This document shows positions 8,260 to 13,573 of a stretch of 13,573 nucleotides of DNA, in pieces. The stretch is from Octopus sinensis (lineage: Eukaryota). Under the pieces are notes generated by a model that saw only the letters and a program-made list of their open reading frames with translations, was not told the origin of the DNA and did not search any database. Within the stretch, counting starts at the first letter, position 1, and each line of letters starts with the position of its first letter. Both the position numbers and the translations under genes were made by a program. Location: NCBI RefSeq assembly GCF_006345805.1, contig NW_021825965.1:1-13573 (forward strand), in the 5' to 3' direction.

Positions 8260-9538
8260 GTAGGATAGGTTGCCCTCCCAGACTGCTGAAACTCATCACC
8301 TCCTTTCACGACGGTATGCAGGAACAGTGCAGTTTGACGGATCGCCTCGGAGTCGTTCCCATCCAGAGTAGATGAAACAGGGTTGCGTTTCTGGCGCCGA
8401 CGCTCTTTGGAATTTCTTCTCCCTTGTCCTGTCCTATGCTTCAGAACATCCGACGACGGAGTGTTCCTCCACACCAGGGCTGATGGTGGATTGTTAAATC
8501 TTGCGCGCTCAGAGCTAAGACCAAAATCCGTCAGGTGCTGATCAGAGAGATCCTCTTTGCTGACGATGCAACCCTAACATCACACAACCAGCCGGGTCTC
8601 CAGAGGCTGGTCAGCTCCCTGGCGGATGCCTGGCAAGAGTTCGGCCCTACCATCGGCCTGAAAAAGACAGAGATCATGGGCCAGGACGTCGGAGGGGTCC
8701 CAGCATCATCAGTGTGGCGACCACAGCTGCAGGTGGTGAACGAGTTCACTTACCTGGGATCGACGGTCTCCAGCAGCCTGTCCCGAGCCGAGCTGAACAG
8801 ACGGATTGGGAAGGCTGCTGCTGCCATGGCTAAGCTCTCCAGGAGAGTGTGGGAAAACAACATGCTCACAATAACACCAAGATCGCAGTGTACCGAGCTG
8901 CGTGCTGAGCACCCTACTCTACGGCAGCGAGAGCTGGACAACATACACCCGGCAAGAATGCCGCCTCAGCGGCTTCCACTGCGGTGTCTTCGACGGATCT
9001 TTGGTATCTATGGAAAGGACCGAGTACCAAACGGAGTCATCCTAGAACAGACTATATGCCAAGCATGCATGCCCTCCTCGTGCGGAGACGACTGCGCTGG
9101 CTCGGACACGTCTACCGCATGCAGGACGGTCGCATGCCTAAAGACATCCTGTACAGCGAAACTCACCATGGGATCCCAACCCAAGGGACGTCCACAGCTA
9201 CGATACAGGGATGTGTGCAAGCGCGACCATGAGGACTGCCAACTGTGTGGATACGTGGGAGGTAACAGCTGCTGACCGCTCTGCCTGGCGTCGGACAGTG
9301 AGGAAAGGCGTTTCCATGGCTGAGGAGAGGAGAGCACAGCTGTGGCGGGACAGGCGGGACAGGAGGAGGACAACTGCAGCAACACCCCACACGTACCATC
9401 GATGTTCGTGTGCAGCAACTGTACAGGGACTGCCACTCTAGAATTGGACTGTTCAGTCACCAGCAGACGTGCTCTCATCAAAGTAGGCCTCACCCTTGGC
9501 GCGACCCATTGTCTATCAAGACAGACGGGATTAAGAAG
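8260..9538 (+). pseudogene. 5'-truncated RTE-clade LINE: RT domain, C-terminal region and 3' end, frameshifted
   Basis: Frames stitch to RIGCPPRLLKLITSFHDGMQ...KQGCV(L)APTLF...REILFADD (8553-8567)...FTYLGSTVS...LLYGSESW...RRLRWLGHVYRMQDGRMPKDILY...GRPQLRYRDVCKRD...CSNCNRDCHSRIGLFSH. 3' stem-loop TGTCT-ATCA-AGACA (9510-9523) and a short AAG tail. Confidence 0.93.
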
Positions 9539-9546
9539 TAATATAT

Positions 9547-9603
<57 letters not shown>

Positions 9604-9614
9604 TATATATAATA
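9539..9614. repeat. (TA)n microsatellite
   Basis: Directly visible. Confidence 0.97.
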
Positions 9615-9705
9615 CAAATAAGAAAATGGAGAAATAATTTAGTTGATTTATCAGCTATCCTAAAGCTGATAAACCAACAAATTTATTTCTACATTTTCTT
9701 ATTTG
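9615..9705. repeat. 42-bp inverted repeat with 7-nt loop
   Basis: 9615-9656 versus the reverse complement of 9664-9705: 38/42 matches; loop ATCCTAA. Confidence 0.9.
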
Positions 9706-9902
9706 CAATATAAATTAATGGTAAAATATTTCTTTACCATTTCTTTACCCATTTAATTCAATAAGTAAGTTAATTGTATTGCAATTGAAAACACTTGTGT
9801 ATTAATAATTTGGGTATTATACCAACAGTATATTGGATAAGTATTATCCCTTAGTGGGTTGGATCCACAGCCCCTAACTTACTTGGTGTATATATATATA
9901 TA

Positions 9903-10306
9903 TTACTCTTTTACTCTTTTACTTGTTTCAGTCATTTGACTGCGACCATGCTGGAGCACGCCTTTAATCGAGCAACTCGACCCCGGGACTTATTCTTTTG
10001 TAAGCCCAGTACTTATTCTATCAGTCTCTTTTGTCGAACCGCTAAGTAACGGGGACATAAACACACCAGCATCGGTTGTCAAGCCATGTAGTAGGGGACA
10101 AACACACTCACACAAACACACACCGCATATATATACATATATACGACAGGCTTCTTTCAGTTTCTGTCTACGAAATCCACTCACAAGGCTTTGGTCGGCC
10201 CGAGGCTATAGTAGAAGACACTTGTCCAAGGTGCCACGCAGTGGGACTGAACACGGAAGCATGTGGCTGGTAAACAAGCTACTTACCACACAGCCATCCT
10301 GCGCCT
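9903..10306 (-). mobile_element. Full-length CORE-type SINE (family B), inverted relative to 2361-2780
   Basis: The reverse complement is colinear with 2361-2780 from AGGCGCAGGA to the GTAAAAGA tail. (TA)n on both sides. Confidence 0.92.
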
Positions 10307-10373
10307 ACATATATATATTATTATATATATATATATATATATAGATATATATATATATATATATATAATATAT
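10307..10373. repeat. (TA)n microsatellite
   Basis: Directly visible. Confidence 0.97.
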
Positions 10374-11272
10374 GTAGGGAAATTCACGAAAAACTAAAGA
10401 CGAAGATAGGTGGTGTATACAACAAACAGATGTATTAGTATAACGCTCGGGAAGTGAAGAAGTCTTTAACGTTTCGAGCCTACGCTCTTCCACAGAAAGG
10501 AACACAGAAAGAAACAAGGGGAGAAAATAAAGAATGTGTAGTGGCTAGCGATCTATCATGGTAAATGCCGGACAGAAGAGTCACAGAGGAGAGCTAGGAA
10601 GAAGGGGAGATAATAAAGTAGTCGTGATCCCAAAATGAAGGTGCGCGTGTGTCAGTATAAGAGAGTATGTATGTGCGTGTGGAAGAGGGCTGGTGACCTT
10701 GACGTGTGCGTGTGTGTATGTGCAGTTGTGAAATGTCGGGCTGGGAAGTGGGCAGTGCTTGTGTGTACGTGGTGATGTGGTGTGTGGTATGGTGGTGTGT
10801 GCTAAGGTGTAGTGGAGTGTGGTGTGGTGTGATGGTGTTGGGAGGTGCGGGAGGTGAGAGCAGGGAAAGTGAGGGTGGGGATATTGGTGGGTTATGTGGG
10901 AATGGGTGTAAGGGATGTGGTGGGTGGGTGGGATGGAAAGGATAGGGAAGGTGCGGTTGGAATGTGTAGGGGTGAGGGGTGACGATGAAGGAGAAGGTGG
11001 GTAGGAGTGAAGAGATGAGAGAAGGAGAGTAGGAGGTGAGAGAAGTAGGAGTCGGAGCAAGAGAAGAGAGGTGGGTGAGAGGAAGTAAGCATGAGGGGGA
11101 GAGAGGCGAGGGGAGAAGATTAGATGAAGAGGGGAGGAGAGTTGAGCCCATGTGGCGCAGAGAAGCGAAGAAAGAAGATTAATCCTTTTTCACGGCGCAA
11201 ACGGGAGTCCGGGTGGTCCCTGTGCAAGGACAATCCGAATACGGACAGGTGTTGCAAAGAGTGACCGGTTGA
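10374..11272 (-). mobile_element. Penelope-like element (PLE-A) 3' portion: GIY-YIG C-terminus, long C/T-rich UTR, terminal segment with hammerhead motif
   Basis: Minus strand 11272-11120 translates to STGHSLQHLSVFGLSLHRDHPDSRLRREKGLIFFLRFSAPHGLNSPPLFI*. Hammerhead-like motif at 10464-10499. Ends in (TA)n. Confidence 0.8.
10464..10499 (-). ncRNA. Minimal type I hammerhead ribozyme-like motif (variant core)
   Basis: Minus strand: CUUU-CUGUGGA-A-GAGC-GUAG-GCUC-GAAAC-GUU-AAAG. Stem I CUUU/AAAG, stem II GAGC/GCUC, palindromic AACGUU stem III. The core reads CUGUGGA instead of CUGANGA. Confidence 0.65.
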
Positions 11273-11409
11273 TCCTGTTGATGAACCATCAGTTGATACT
11301 GTCTCTTCTCATCACCCACAAACTTTTACGGTTTCTCTACCTGGACTTTCTACACTTCAGCTGCAACTCTCCAGTCCATGGATTGATTACACTGGACTCC
11401 TCTGTTGGT

Positions 11410-11552
11410 GTGTATACACACACACACACGCATACACCCACACGCCCACCCACACACACACGCGCATACACCCCCCACACACACATATACATATATATAT
11501 ATATATGTCTATGATATATATACACTTATATACATATAAATATATATATATA
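11410..11552. repeat. (CA)n and (TA)n microsatellites
   Basis: Directly visible. Confidence 0.93.
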
Positions 11553-11662
11553 TTGGCCTACTCGCTTAGCCAGCGGAGTGGCATCATTTGAAGGCTAAAA
11601 CAATGTGAAGCGCATTGTGACCAGCGATGTGTAGCAACATCTGATAGCCTGGTCGGTCATGG
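11553..11662 (+). mobile_element. Probable 3' fragment of another octopus interspersed repeat (SINE-like)
   Basis: Complex island between microsatellites. GCCAGCGGAGTGGCATCATTTGAAGGCTAAAACAATG...GTGACCAGCGATGTG is recognised from recall only; there is no second copy in the window. Confidence 0.4.
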
Positions 11663-11699
11663 TGGTGGTGGTGGTGATATATATGTACATGTATATGTA

Positions 11700-11743
11700 A
11701 GTATACATATGTGTGGGGGTGTAGGTGTTTGTGTGTGTGTGTG

Positions 11744-11790
<47 letters not shown>
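11700..11790. repeat. (TG)n microsatellite
   Basis: Directly visible. Confidence 0.97.
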
Positions 11791-11792
<2 letters not shown>

Positions 11793-12120
11793 TGTACGAT
11801 GGAGCTTTTTCCAGAATTGTCCAGCTGATAGTGAAAGGACGGGTGTCATTCTTTTTCAACTTCCAGACATGTTTTGCTAGGCTTGTGGCTGTCTATTCTC
11901 GAGGTATGAGAAAAAATTTTCGGTAGGAATAAAACCGAGCCTTGAATGAATTTTCCGAAGCCTCTGTATAAGTTGTATATTCCTGTAAGCCATCTATTTG
12001 CACTTTAAACAATTCCTTTTTCAAAACATTTTCCTTCTAACAGACAGCAAGTCTTATCTTTGAAATTTTTGTGTTATGCTGATTAATAAAAGAGGCGAAG
12101 TTTTTGCAACAAGAATAGCT
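11791..12120 (-). mobile_element. Penelope-like element, second family (PLE-B): RT-endonuclease linker and GIY-YIG fragment, degraded
   Basis: Minus-strand frames give SYSCCKNFASFINQHNTKI / CCLLEGKCFEKGIV* / TYTEASENSFKARF...TSLAKHVWKLKKNDTRPFTISWTILEKAPSYR, then run into (CA)n. Confidence 0.75.
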
Positions 12121-12124
12121 ACCA

Positions 12125-12801
12125 CATCCAATTTAAAGCCACGCCCAGGGTATACAGATGTGTTAATGAATCTGTGGATGGGACCTTGTCAGGTACTATG
12201 ACTCCGGATTAGAGTAGACCAGGGAACGGTAGTGACTAACAGGTAACCTTCCCACACTCCTCAACGCCCTAGAACTCCCGAACTAGGGTCCCACTGCTGG
12301 ATTTAATTTAAGGTCTTACCCAGGAAATATACAGACGCCATAGCTGGGACCATGACTCCTGCTCAGAGTAAACCTGGGTAACAGTAGTGGCTCGGATGTG
12401 AGCCATACACTCTTCAAGACCCTGGGATTCCAGAATCGAGGTCCAATTATTGGGTGCAGTTTAAAGCCATGCCCAGGACATATACAGAGATTATTAATTC
12501 ACCATTGAAAGATGCTCCTACTCCGGGTCAGAATAGGCCTTGGAACAATAGTGGCTGAGAGGTGGTCCCACAGTCATTTAAACCCTGGGATTCCTTAACC
12601 AGGGCCTCACTAGGGTTCTTAACCAGGGTTCCAGTTATTGGGTACAGTTTAAAGCCATGCCCAGGACATATACAGAGATTATTAATTCACCCCTGAAAGA
12701 TTCTTCTACTCCGGGTCAGAATAGGCCTTGGAATAATAGTAGCTGAGAGGTGGTCCCACAGTCATTTAAACCTTGGGACTCCTTAACCAGGGCCTCACTA
12801 G
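12125..12801 (+). repeat. Tandem array of four 150-190 bp units
   Basis: Anchor TTTAA(A/G)G..AT/ACGCCCAGG at 12132, 12307, 12460 and 12648. 12447-12613 and 12635-12801 differ at 9 of 167 positions. Strand assignment is arbitrary. Confidence 0.85.
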
Positions 12802-12987
12802 CGAATTCACTTTAGGGGTCATTCTTAGGACATGCATTTTGTATTTCCACTGAAATATCTACTGATGACTCCGATGGCTGTTAACTGCATGTCAACATAT
12901 TTTTGTCCGGCAGTGCAGTGTGCAGTAATGCAGATAATTGAAATCAAGGCTTTAATGCAACAGATACACGCCATCTGGTGTCGATGG

Positions 12988-12988
12988 T

Positions 12989-13021
<33 letters not shown>

Positions 13022-13573
13022 ATGGTCGATGTTGTGGTTGTGTAATTTTGTGGTGGCGGCGGTGACGGTGGCGGTGGTGATGGTGCTTTGTCATTGCGGT
13101 GAAAGATGGATAGTGGTAGTAGAAGGGGGGGTTACAGTACTGGTAGATATTGTGGTGGTGGTGGTGGTGGAGGCGGTAGCGGTGGTGGTTGGAGTGATGA
13201 CGATGATGACGGATGATGTTGGCGGTGGCGGTAGTGATGGTGGTGGTGGTGGTGGTGGTGGTGGCGGCGGCGGTGCGCGGGGAGGCGGGTATGGTGGTAG
13301 CGGTGGGGTTGGAGTGATGACGATGAGGACGGATGTTGTGGTGGTGGTGGTGGTGGTGTGGTGGTGGCGGCGGCGGCGGTGCTCTGGAGGCGGTAGCGGT
13401 AGCGGTGGTTGGAGTGATGACGATGATGACAATGACGGATGATGTGGTAGTGGGGTGGTGGTGGTGGTGGTGGTGGTGGTGGCGGTGGAGGCAGTAGCGG
13501 TGGAGGCGGTGGAGGTAGCGGTGGAGGCGGTAGCGGTGGAGGCGGGAGCGGTGGAGGTGGTAGCGGTGGTGGT
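12988..13573. repeat. (GTT)n then (GGT)/(GGC)-rich tract with three copies of an internal cassette
   Basis: TTGGAGTGATGACGATGA at 13189, 13309 and 13409. Confidence 0.92.

Noticed and set aside
12125-12801. CRISPR-like array
   Set aside because: Whole units are homologous with no unique spacers, and the context is eukaryotic.
12862-12945. CTGATGA suggesting a hammerhead core or a snoRNA C box
   Set aside because: No stem II followed by GAAA, and no properly placed terminal CTGA D box.
4260-13573. Complementarity between the ACC-rich tract (4260-4745) and the GGT-rich tract (13040-13573)
   Set aside because: Compositional only; the complex internal cassettes do not match each other.

Overview
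Repeat-saturated eukaryotic non-coding DNA. The SINE families and the very dense compound microsatellites point to an octopus (coleoid cephalopod) intron or intergenic region; this taxon call is from recall of the repeat families, not a database search. No host gene, tRNA or rRNA is supported, and most listed ORFs are microsatellite artefacts. Contents: (i) a head-to-tail trimer of one tRNA-derived SINE (14-642); (ii) five copies or fragments of a second, CORE-type SINE; (iii) a 398-bp non-autonomous RTE-derived element with a 10-bp target-site duplication inside one of those SINEs (1834-2231); (iv) a 5'-truncated RTE LINE with RT motifs (8260-9538); (v) two copies of a Penelope-like element (PLE) 3' end encoding a GIY-YIG C-terminus, one carrying a near-canonical minimal hammerhead ribozyme motif (10464-10499, minus); (vi) a fragment of a second, different PLE family (11791-12120); (vii) a 270-bp repeat with scrambled hammerhead-like parts (5874-6146); (viii) two long foldbacks (8097-8258, 9615-9705); (ix) a four-unit 150-190 bp tandem array (12125-12801). 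The best leads are these structured-RNA or ribozyme-like modules in small non-autonomous retroelements. All alignments and folds were done by eye.
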